Shown piece after piece: positions 1 through 10,844 of a DNA stretch of 64,000 bases. Both the position numbers and the translations under genes were made by a program. Source of the stretch: Schizochytrium sp. TIO01. Taxonomy: Eukaryota > Protista > Bigyra: Labyrinthulomycetes. Location: positions 3,634,436 to 3,698,435 of the forward strand of contig SMSO01000031.1 of assembly GCA_004764695.1 (NCBI GenBank). Reading direction: 5' to 3'. Under the pieces are notes generated by a model. That model saw only the letters and a program-made list of their open reading frames with translations. It was not told where the DNA came from and searched no databases. The first letter of the stretch is position 1. Every line of letters starts with the position of its first letter.

Positions 1-3000
1 CTCCACTGGATTGCCTTGTTCGGGCGAGGGCAACCAGTGGCTCTGGCACAGCTGGGTGCAGATTGAGCGGTGATGTGTGTTTAGATGGCAGCTGGGCAAC
101 GAGCGAGCGAGCGAGCGAGCGAAGGAGACCGTTCTTGCCAAACAAAATAATCGACCGACAATGGTGACTGGCCTGATCCAGGCGGAGGCAATGCTAGAAG
201 TTCTTGCATTGACAGATACTTGTACAGCAGCGAGACTTTTGATGCGGTGTCGCTGCCGTGGACATATGCATGAAAAAAAGAGATGGCAATTATGATTATT
301 CTTTTGGAAATAAGTCTTGAGAAGTGCAGCATCGCCGCGGAGAGCAAACTAATTTTAATTGGCGAGAACCTCGGTCAAGTCCTACTGCCCATTTCTTTAA
401 AGCAGGCATTGGACAGCTTTGCAAGATTTTGAGTTCGTTGTCCAAGTCATTTATTTTGTGGATCGATCGTCTGTTCGATCAGTTGTTCACTAACTACTGC
501 TTCAGTTCTGAAAGTTGTTCAGAGATCGTCGTCTATTTTTTCCAAGTACCTATCGTAGAATACTGCGGTTCCAATCATTCTTGCAATTGGAAATACTCCA
601 AGCTAATCATTGGAGATTGTTCTGCATGCAAACGTAGCGTGTTGTTCTTAGAATCAACTTGTGGGGAATGGCAGCATCAGTTGGGTACAATGTCACTCAT
701 ACAATTACTATTCCTGCTATTTTACCATTCCAGCCATGAAGGTTTAGTTTTTTTTAGTTTTAGTGTTTTTCTTCTGTTTTCTGTTTCTGTTTTCTATTTT
801 CTTTTCTTCTTTTTAAAAACTTAGCTAGCTACCTAAGTCAACATCAGACTTGTGGTACAACTTCGACTTTGGTTTTACTAGCAGATACCAAGGCCTATGA
901 AACTAATTTGATCACAAACACGACTTTCTAAATCTGGTGGGGCTCATGATTGCTGTCACGTAATTATTCTTTGAATCATTGCTTCTGTTTGAAGTCGTAG
1001 AATAAATTTGAGTCGTGAAACTAATTTGTGAATTCATAAAAAGCTAAAATGCCACAGTGCTTTGAGTGTTTTGAGCATCGAGTGCAAAACTTTTGGGGGA
1101 TCTATGAAGGGCTGATGCAGAGTCTAATATTTCATGAGTCTAGGACCATTGGTTGATCGTAAACTAAGAGAAACAAAGCTCTGGGCTTATCTCGAGTTTA
1201 AGACTTTCTCCGTTACCAAGTTTCATGTCCACGAAAAAGAAATCTCTTAGAGTGTCAAAGCTAGCCTAATTAGTAATATTCTTAGTAGATTGTAATTACC
1301 CATTTTCATTTTTAATCTTATTTGTTACCTACCATGAACTAGTACAGTTTAATTGTAAATTTTAAAATTAAAAACGCTCTTTAAAGGTTCAGCTTAGTAT
1401 AATGGTATGGTCATGTATGCAAAGAATGGATACCATGAAGAAATCGCGCGTTTCAATCGTGAGAAAGTCGTTGATCAATTGCATCAACTGCAGAAGACAA
1501 GAATAAATTCCCTAGGTTTATTGCCAACTATGTTTTATGTTGTTTCTTTATTCCAAATTGAATAAAAATTGATAGAACTCATAAGTAGTGAGGTTTTAAC
1601 AATTGAACATTGACGTAGCAACTAGCGTTTTTGGTTGTTGTGATTCTCTTGTGCATCTTTTTTTGCTCGAAAGTACTATTTGTTCGCCACCGATATTGAG
1701 CCATGAGGAAAAAGACATGCATGCAGCTGATGTCGGGAACTATAAAAGAATGTCCTGGACCATCTCATTATCGAAGTTGCAGCGCCTGAGACTCATTCAT
1801 ATCGTAGCGAATATATGCATCGGTCACAGTGTAGATTATTTATTCTGCAGCAACCGATGTATCAAGTACCACTGATTTGTGCCTGATACCAGTTTCCTTC
1901 GTTCGTCGTATACAGTTCCCCGCTGAAGACTCAGTAGCCATGGAGTGTAGGCTATTTCCTTTCCATCTTTTTGAAACCTCTTCCAAACAACCATGAAAGG
2001 AAGACGAAGTCTTTAAAACGAAGCTTGCTTGAGTCGCTTCGTAGAATTTATAGTAGCTCTGAAATAGTCATCTGAAACTTTTAAAAGGCGTTATGATAAC
2101 TTCCTTATGATTTTTAGGTAGTTATCTATCTACCTACCATTACCATGTGTTAACACAACTATCGTATTCGTTATGGATCAATTTTGAAAAAATAAGAAAG
2201 AGATATCACATAATTTAGTCCTATAATATATTAATTATTTTTATACATTAGTCACGACTAAGGGAAAAGATAGTTGATCTTGGGTTGACTATAGTACTTC
2301 ATTTATTTTTTCTTTTCTTTTTTAAAGTAGCCTGCCGAGATACACCCTTAGTACTTTGACACAGTGCAGGAACTAGACTTGGACGATTGGGCATTCAGAA
2401 TATTGACTCTTGAAGCAGTGTCATGAGTTCGAAACACTTCTTCAAAGTAGATAGGAGCTGAGTTTGAGAAAAAACTTTTAGGAGTCAAATGCTGTGGAAC
2501 TATAGAATCAGACCAAGTGGCTTTTGGTTGCAGGCTTTTGTAAGGACACTGACAGTGGTCATTCTTCATGCATTTTCCACTTTGCAATATGCCTCTTGCT
2601 TAGCTGTCCAAACCACCAGACCTTGTCTCAACAGTAATACATTGATTTAGACTCCAAACAAAGTTGCAGTAGTAGCAAAGAAGAGGTGATCGAATAAATT
2701 GTTGAATAAAGTTCTACAACTACAAGACTAACTATTGTTTTTATTCCTTTCTTAATGTTCGGACGTACTTTTCTCCTTTCTTTTTGTCTACTATATGATG
2801 AAACTCTACCTAGTCTGGCCGAAAGCTTTCAAATGTGTTATTTCTGATGCAACTCTTTCTTTATCCATTGGTCGCGAAAGAACAGAATTAGTTTACAAAT
2901 TTTCATTAAAAGTTGGTACTATTGGCAAAGTATTAAAAATGATAACATTTTCAACTAGAGCCGTTACACTAATACCACACTTGAAGGAGAGGGAAAATTG

Positions 3001-3848
3001 GATTCTGCAAGTGTCGCTGTCGCCACCAGCAAAAATTAACTTGATTTAAATGATGTCCTTTAAGGTCTAAGGCGATAGATTGCATGGCTGCCAAGAAAGT
3101 TGACCCATCTTTTTACTTCGACTTAGTTTGGAAGAAAAAAATGAACAACAACATGAATTACTTGATTACTGTCGATAATAACATATGAAGCCGAGGGCTA
3201 CGAATGAGCAACGTTCATGACCATAATAGTACTTCGAAGTGAATGTCATAGGTGGAGTTTGCAAACATGATAGGAGAGAGTCAGAAAGTTACTTTGCCTA
3301 TATTTAGAAAGTTAAACTAGTCGCTTCGATATGGTAACTTGAAGTTCCTTGTAAGCTGTTTCTGACATGATCAGCATGTGTTGAAGAACTTCCAGAGAAT
3401 TTTTAGCAAGACAAATACTAAGGTCGCCGTGTACTTGCATTCATAAATAAATTGATTTTGTTTAAGTTTACTGGGTGCCTTGATCAATTAAATTTGAAAA
3501 GTCACAAGTGATACATTAAAAAAGTATATTTAAAAAATGGAGTTGCCGTCTTAGTTCAATTTCCTAACTCTCAACCCTTGAATTCTCTGCTCTGCATCGT
3601 ATCAAGTCTATTTACATATAGTCTCTCTTTTTCTTTATTTAAAAAAGAAAAAGGGGACTCTTCTGGAACAAATAAGCATAGAAACAGGACCTAGACATTG
3701 CTTTTTAGTTTAAACTTCCTAAGATTGGGAAATGGTTTTACTGAAGAAAGGAGAATTCAATTCGTGTCGAATTTCCTGTCTTGATTTCTGGCGTACTGCG
3801 GTGGACATTTATAACTGCTTGTATTACAGGACGTCATCAGGTTGAATT

Positions 3849-4499
3849 CTAGTTAAAGAGGTACTTGTAAGTGAGGCCAGCAGTCGAGAGTAAAGGAACC
3901 AAGAATGCGAGGTAACCAAATGGGCGGACAGCCAGAGCGCCCTTGAAGTCAACTTCCATGAGGTAAAAATGCATCGTACTCAGGCCGAGCGCAGAAATTA
4001 TGCTAGGGGTTGTCATTGGATAGTACTCGAAAAGCCAGGCATTCACAATAAGAGATGAAGCCATGCCACAAAGCACCGAAATCTTTCGCTTCAGAGCAAC
4101 TTGATCCTTTGGCAAGTCAGACTTGGCATCATCTAGGATGCTTGCGAAAGACTTTACCTCTGGGATATTCGGTGTGCCGTAGTACTTGTAGACGCTGTAC
4201 ATACTATGAACACTGAGCATACCTGCAGAGATGTACATGAGTTCGTATGGGTTTTCAACAAGATCCATGGCCACTGGGGAAAGAGAAATGCCCAAGGTGG
4301 TAAGGCCAGCAAGTGAGATAACCTTATTCCATTGCACTGCGGAGTGGTCTGCTCCCTTGCGAACCGCGAGAACGTCCACAACATCATCCAGCTTCAGCTT
4401 CTTCTCGTTTTTATTGTACGCAGTGTACAAACCGAGATAAGCAACTACCGTGCCAACACTCCACGCCCAGGCGGGAGCCTTTCCAGCCGAAAAGTCCAT
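3849..4499 (-). CDS. Uncharacterised multi-pass membrane protein (216 aa)
   Basis: Intact ORF from the first in-frame ATG (4499; the track start at 4526 is GTG), coding-like codon usage, several hydrophobic segments (e.g. WAWSVGTVVAYLGLY, VISLAGLTTLGISL, FGYLAFLVPLLSTAGL). No family recognised. Confidence 0.75.
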   Translation of the reverse strand: MDFSAGKAPAWAWSVGTVVAYLGLYTAYNKNEKKLKLDDVVDVLAVRKGADHSAVQWNKVISLAGLTTLGISLSPVAMDLVENPYELMYISAGMLSVHSMYSVYKYYGTPNIPEVKSFASILDDAKSDLPKDQVALKRKISVLCGMASSLIVNAWLFEYYPMTTPSIISALGLSTMHFYLMEVDFKGALAVRPFGYLAFLVPLLSTAGLTYKYLFN

Positions 4500-5226
4500 A
4501 TTGACACTTGTATTCTTCAAGCTCACCCCAACGTAGAACCTCGCGCGTGAACTGAAGGTCTCCTCTAATCACTTTTTGCTTTTATCAAGACTTTCGAAGC
4601 GAAGCCCAAGACGGACCAAGTCTTGCACTGCGTCGGGAGTTTTTGCGCTGATTCCTGATCTCTCTGGTTTCCAAAACCCGCAAACGCAGCGTATCGAGTA
4701 GGCTCCTGCTATCGTGCACTAGGACAACTCGACAGCTTTCTGGCACGCCACCTGCGCCTAATTTCGGTTCTGGTCTCCGGCTTGGCTTCAACCGGACCAG
4801 CTTCGACGCACGAGCAAAGAGTGAGCTCCTTTCTTTAATAACTCGTATTGTATGTCGAGCCTACTAGAGTTCTTGCATTGCTTGCTACCTTTGATGTAAC
4901 TAAAGAAAGATCTTGAAGACGTTTGGGACATCTGAGGCTACCGTTTACACTAAGCGCGCACAGACTCGGAAAGTTTTATTCTTCCAGTGCATCTAGTGCC
5001 TAGCAGTCTAGCTAGGAAGAACGGCACCACCTACTTACGACAAGGTGCACTACATCGACGCCAATGGTATCGGCCTCAGACAATTGGTTCGTGCATCCGA
5101 AATGGTCGATCACTCTTCATCAGAGGTTTGAGGACTTTATTTGGTGTCCATTGACCGCATTGAGGACCATGAGCAGCATTGCTGGGCCGGGATACTTTAG
5201 ATTGAAGATCTTGGCAACTTGTTTGA

Positions 5227-5283
5227 TGAATGAATGAATGAATGAATGAATGAATGAGTGAATGTATGATTGATTGAATGAAT
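5227..5283. repeat. (TGAA)n microsatellite, degenerate at its 3' end
   Basis: Directly visible tandem TGAA units in the divergent intergenic region before XPB. Confidence 0.95.
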
Positions 5284-5840
5284 TGAGTTATGGAAGAGCC
5301 ACGAACCCAAGGCTGGAAAGAAGAGCTGGTTCATAGAAGACGCCAGCAGGGCGACAAAAAGTACAAATGAAGCCGCAAGAAGACGAGGGTAGGTGGTCGA
5401 TTGATCTCCATTTGTAACGGCGTAAGCGAGCAGAGACGGGGAACTGCGCAGACTGAGTCCAAATAGCCTTCTCTTTGAAGCTGGGAAATACCTACCCTAG
5501 CTAGGTTGTAGTAGACACTAGTGTGTTAGTATGTAATACTAGTCTAACAAGTACCGGTGAATGTTTCTTTTTTCTTTTTCTTTGTCTTTTGTTTTTGTAA
5601 GCGAGCTTGCGATTTACAGTTTGAATCGAGAATTAAAGGCGCACAAGAAGCTTATAGGAATAATCGATACAAGCAAATATTTGAAGATTGACTTTTCACA
5701 ATATACTATAAGTGAAGAATGGAAGGTATAACCCACTTGTGAAGAGCAGCCGAGGCTGAGGATCATTCGAAGGAGCTGATGAAGGATTTGAACAACTTGA
5801 AGTTGAAAGGTCTTGTAAATCAAAGTTTGTATACAAGATC

Positions 5841-8544
5841 ATGGCGTCCGTGCTAGATTTGACTGAAGACTCGGAGACAGAGGTTTCGCGGAAAAGGCCT
5901 CGACGCCGAGCAGCTAATCGCAAGAGCAAGACCTCGGCAACTCAGGATGACCGAGTGGATCAGGATGAAGAAGATGCCATGTTTGAGGCACTCTCCGAGG
6001 AGGAACGGGAGGAAGAAGCTCGTGAAGAAGACGAGGAAAATCAACTTGAAATTCTGGATTTTCGAGGAATGGACCTCAAACCTGACCATATCATCAGACC
6101 AGTCTGGGTATTACCTTCAGGCAAAGTTCTCCTCGAGGCATCTTCTAGGTTCTACAAGCAAGCGTATGACTTTTTGGTCGCTGTTGCAGAACCCGTATCT
6201 CGGCCAAGGTTCGTGCACGAATACCGACTTACGTCGTACTCACTTTATGCAGCAGTATCTATTGGGCTAACAGCAGACTCAATCATCTCCGTGTTAGACC
6301 GTCTTTCCAAGGTCTCGCTGCCGATGGATGTTGAGAAATTCATCCGAGAGTGCACAACAAACTTTGGCAAAGCCAAAATTGTTTTGATTGAGAAGCGCAT
6401 GTTCATAGAATCACCTGATAAGTCAGTTCTTCAACGCCTAGTCCAAGCTCCAGAAATCCAAGCAGCACGTATTTTCGATATTAGCCACAGTGGCGATGGT
6501 TTCGGTCAAGGCGAGATGGTTCAACAGGAAGGTAATCACCTAAATAGTATGACCGATATAAACATCGAAGCTGCCGAAGAAGATGATGTGAATGCAGATA
6601 TCACAGACGAGCGCATGCTACTTAATAACACCAATTCAGAAGCTGTTACTAAGGTAGATGTTAAGGACGAGACAATTGCTCCTGAACCATCACCCCAAGA
6701 GCCTCAGGTGGAGGAAGAACGGCTGCGTGTTTATCGTTTGGAGATTGAAGCTTCGCATGCAGAGCGCGTTCGAAGAGCATCCCTTGAACTTGACTTCCCT
6801 CTTATGGAGGAATATGACTTCCGCGATGATCAATCTAGCCTCAAGCTACCAATTGAATTGAAACCAAGTACTGAAATTCGTCCATACCAAGAGCGAAGTC
6901 TTAGCAAAATGTTCGGTAACGGCCGGGCACGTTCTGGGATCATTGTATTACCATGTGGAGCTGGCAAGACGTTGACGGGTATTACAGCATGTTGTACAAT
7001 TAAAAAAAGCTGCATCGTCCTCTGCCCAGGTGGAGAGGCTGCGGATCAATGGCGACGTCAACTCCAACAGTTTTCAACCGTTGACGAGAAGAAACATATA
7101 TTTACATTTACTTCGAAAGTAAAAAATGAAGTTGACCGGACGACGCCATGCATTCTAGTCACAACCTACAGCATGATGGCTGTGACTGGTGCGAAACGCT
7201 CGAGGCATGCCAAGGAAGTTCTGGAAGCCATCTGGTCTCGTGAATGGGGTCTGATGATTCTTGATGAAGTTCACATGGCTCCTGCTCGCTACTTTCGCAA
7301 AGTCATGACCAACATTAAGGCGCATTGTAAATTAGGTCTTACAGCAACGCTCGTGCGTGAGGATGAAAAAATCAAAGATCTCAACTTTTTGATCGGACCA
7401 AAACTCTACGAAGCGAATTGGCTCGATCTAACTGAGAGTGGTTATCTTGCTCGTGTCATGTGCATGGAAGTACGTTGTCCTATGACACCTGAGTTCTTTT
7501 CTGAGTATCTTCATGAGCCCTCAGCGAATATTAAACAGCTCTTGTACACTATGAATCCAAACAAGTGCATCACCTGTGACTATCTTGTCAATTATCACGA
7601 ATCCCGCGGAGACCGGGTACTGGTGTTTTGTGACCATCTCATCGTCGGTAGATTTCTGGCAGACCTTTTGAACCGCGATTACGTATCAGGTTCAATGCCT
7701 TTGAAAGAGCGCATCGTAAAGTACAGCCAGTTCCGGTTGAGTCCTGCAGCTAGCACCCTTATTCTTTCTAAAGTTGGTGACGTAGCTATTGATTTACCAG
7801 AGGCAAATGTAATTATTCAAATGTCTGGTCATTTTGGCTCTAGACGCCAAGAGGCGCAGCGTCTGGGGCGCATCCTTCGACCGAAAGGAGATCGTCGGAG
7901 TAGCACTAGTTTTGATGCTCACTTTTATACACTCGTGTCATCAGATACAGAAGAACCTTTATACAGTGCAAAACGCCAACAATACCTTGTTGATCAAGGG
8001 TATGCATACAAAGTTTCCACAGATCTTTGTGATAAGGCTAAGATTGCACTGATGCAGGGAGCAGAGGGGAGAGTTCCCTCTGAAAATATTTTGCGTCTGC
8101 TTGATCTCGACGAACAGCTGCAGCTCTTGCAACGAATATTGGTCTTATCCAAGAACGCAATGAATGAGCGTTCCAATCAGTCCCGCATTTCAGCAAAAGC
8201 AAAGCAAAGCAAAAGAATCCTCAACCGCGCAGCAACCAGGCTTTGAAAGGAGGTACTGGTGCTGCTGGTGATCGAGACGAGTATGAAGAGGACCACGATG
8301 GAGGTCACGACTCCGAGGATGATGGAGAAGAAGAAGAGGAGGAGGAGGAGGAGGAGGAGGAAGACGATGGTGGAGCTGAAGAAGAAGAAGAAGAAGAAGA
8401 AGAAGAGAAGAGGAGGATGATGACATTCTTCCTATGGTGAACACCAGCCGGCCTTATGCAAAACGCGCGAAAACAGATATGAATCTTCTCTCGGGAGCAG
8501 GATCTCTTGAATATTTTGAATTTAAATCTGGAGAGAAAGAATAG
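5841..8544 (+). CDS. XPB: TFIIH 3'-5' DNA helicase/translocase subunit XPB (ERCC3/SSL2/RAD25). Main ORF 5841..8246; the true C-terminus continues to TAG 8542-8544 across two apparent 1-nt deletions
   Basis: XPB N-terminal domain (DFLVAVAEPVSRPRFVHEYRLTSYSLYAAVSIGL), IRPYQE, Walker A LPCGAGKT, DEVH box, RED motif (GLTATLVRED), motif VI QEAQRLGRILR. A frame-shifted tail reads ...DMNLLSGAGSLEYFEFKSGEKE*, resembling the conserved XPB MSSMSGADDxVYMEY motif. Confidence 0.96.
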
Positions 8545-9004
8545 ATATTGAGAGCATTGAATTTAATTTGTCAAGCAATTCGTCTCAGTAAATGTTCTTT
8601 TCAGCTTTATATGTTCTCAGAACCGCACACTGAAATGACCGATCTCCGTTCCCTCCTTTTTCGTCCCATTAACTTTTTGCATAGATGATTGCTCGCCTAT
8701 AATTTCTTGCATCTTGTTGTAATTGTTTGCGAAAATACGCCTAGCTAGTATCATGATAGTTCGTAGGTACCCATTATCTATTTACATTGAAAAAACTCGG
8801 TCGTCAAAGTAAAATTTGGGATCTTTCTCTCAATGTCACACTATCTACTATCCTGTTATCTATCTACTACCTTTACCTCTTTTTCTTTTAAACTTTTTTT
8901 CTTTACTCCTTTTAAAGGTTCGGAGTCAACGGCTCGTTCCTGAAAAAACTCTAAATTTATTTTCAACAACATTTAGCACAAGCAAAAGACAAATATCAAG
9001 GACA

Positions 9005-10699
9005 ATGGAGCCACCTACACCAACCCCATATGTGCGTGGTGGAAAGTTTCTGGCCGCCTATCGGAAACTATCCACTCGATTGGAGGAGTTAGATCCTGAA
9101 TCTGGCGCACAAAAGCGCACACCTCGCCAAGATGGTTGTGAAGCAATTCCATGTTGGAGACCTCATAGTACAGCCTACGTTCTTGGAAATGCAGACGAGG
9201 ACGTAGCCCTTGAGATTGCAGCAGCTCTTTCTCAATTTGAGCCTGTCACAGTCTTTGTAGAGGGTCGACAATCATACATTCGCGCTCGGCGATCGCTTCC
9301 AGATCACATTCGACTCGTCCAACTCTTCGACGTACCTTCTAAATGGAGTGAAGCCAATCCAGTGTCTTTTGCCCATGCTAGAGCTGGAGATGTACGTCTT
9401 ATAGAATACAATTGTGCGAAAGCGCCGCAAGGTGCAAAATCAACTGTTTTTCGACAGATCTGTGAAGTTGAGCGTATTCAGCGGTATCAGGGACCGGAGT
9501 TATTGCGAGGTTCTACACTTGCGCCAGAGCAGCCTTTTGTGGAAGTGAATGGTCGAGGCCAGGCTCTTCTTAGTCCTGAGCACGATGATTCGGATATAGA
9601 AGAAGCGTCTAGTCGTGAGGAGGGGAAATACATAAGTCCAATGCGACCAAACGAAATGGCTCTCTTTGTTGAAGGACAGCGTAATATTGTCTGTATGCCA
9701 AACTCACGTTTTGCAGAAGATGGGGGTATCATTGTACCTCGCACAACCACCAAAGCTAGCTCTGAGGCCTTGAAATCTCAAATTTCTCCAATACATCAGC
9801 TCGATGAACGATATATGGGTTTCTATATTGCAAACGGAGGAATTCTTGTTCCATCTTATAATAACCCTGAAATTGACCTGCGTGCAATGAAAGTCCTTTC
9901 GGCACTATTTCCACGACGTCGCGTCGTGCAAATCCAAACAAATCGCTCTAGCCTTAACATTAATGAGTATGTTTTGGGAATGCCAGGCTCTGTAGCCAGG
10001 AATCTCCCGGCCTCAAGTATTGCTAGAGCATCTGCTGCACTTACTCAGATGAACGAAGCACAACAAGAGGTCCTTCGTCATCGTATGGTCATGGATCGCC
10101 GCCGTACGCGCAAGTTCCACATGCACTTTGCAGACGAAGATGACCAACTATCAAGACATGAAAGCAAATCTTCTTTTACAGACCATGATATGTCTGGCGG
10201 GGCCGAACACAGATTGAGTTTTAGGAAATCAAAACCAACCAGTCTTCTCCATTCATTTGATGGTGGCTCAAACCAAGAAACAGTTCTTCTAGAGTCGGAA
10301 TCAAAGTCAAGACCAAACGACAATCTGTCGATTGTTGAGCAAGCTTTGACAAAAGAATCGCCTGCGCATAGTAACGAAAACATTTCAGATGCCGAGGAGT
10401 CCCCAAGTCGCCACATTTCATCCCAACATGAAGACGACGCAGAAAGCCTACAAGATGCACAGGAAGAGCCAAAATCGAATTCAATTAGTGGTCATAGTAA
10501 TGATGACTCGTTGAAGCAACTTGCACCATTAGAGCCTCCAATAGATCCTGATACTGTCGGTATTGCTGACGATCCGCAGGATAATGTTGCCTTTCTGGAG
10601 CCACCTACTGTCAACGCCGAGCAGAGGAAAACATTTGGAAATCTTTTTCGCAAAGTTTCCACACGTAAAAGCAAAGTAGCTTCTCTAAAGAAAGCATAA
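9005..10699 (+). CDS. Agmatine deiminase (PAD_porph/AguA)-like domain, apparently catalytically degenerate, plus acidic disordered C-terminal tail (564 aa)
   Basis: First ATG at 9005 (track start is TTG). Motifs resemble AguA: WRPHS (cf. EWEPH), EIAAALSQFEPVTV, YMGFYIANGGILVPSYNNPEIDLRAMKVLSALFPRRRVVQI (cf. SYVNFYIANGGIIxPxFGDxxDxxAxxxLxxxFPxRxVV). The terminal GGNIHCITQQ motif is not present. Confidence 0.75.
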   Translation: MEPPTPTPYVRGGKFLAAYRKLSTRLEELDPESGAQKRTPRQDGCEAIPCWRPHSTAYVLGNADEDVALEIAAALSQFEPVTVFVEGRQSYIRARRSLPDHIRLVQLFDVPSKWSEANPVSFAHARAGDVRLIEYNCAKAPQGAKSTVFRQICEVERIQRYQGPELLRGSTLAPEQPFVEVNGRGQALLSPEHDDSDIEEASSREEGKYISPMRPNEMALFVEGQRNIVCMPNSRFAEDGGIIVPRTTTKASSEALKSQISPIHQLDERYMGFYIANGGILVPSYNNPEIDLRAMKVLSALFPRRRVVQIQTNRSSLNINEYVLGMPGSVARNLPASSIARASAALTQMNEAQQEVLRHRMVMDRRRTRKFHMHFADEDDQLSRHESKSSFTDHDMSGGAEHRLSFRKSKPTSLLHSFDGGSNQETVLLESESKSRPNDNLSIVEQALTKESPAHSNENISDAEESPSRHISSQHEDDAESLQDAQEEPKSNSISGHSNDDSLKQLAPLEPPIDPDTVGIADDPQDNVAFLEPPTVNAEQRKTFGNLFRKVSTRKSKVASLKKA

Positions 10700-10844
10700 A
10701 GAAGTAGCATGAAAAACAGTAGAATACAGCAATGTAATGTCAACAAAAAATTAATTTGTAATATGTATATGCATAATAATACTAAGAAATATCGACCTAT
10801 GAAATGCTTAATTTCGTGTTTAGCTGCATTCACGCTAAAAAATG

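Noticed and set aside
77-3049. Short ORFs in the first 3 kb
   Set aside because: Mostly non-ATG starts, AT-rich low-complexity translations and no motifs.
8190-8444. Minus-strand poly-Ser/Leu/Pro ORF and the separate 65-aa acidic ORF 8243..8440
   Set aside because: The first is the antisense of GAA/GAG repeats; the second is best explained as part of the frameshifted XPB tail.
8816-9004. Hydrophobic N-terminal extension of the 627-aa ORF, which looks like a signal or TM segment
   Set aside because: Starts at TTG and translates T-rich intergenic or intron-like DNA; first ATG is 9005. The same logic was applied to other GTG/TTG starts in the track.
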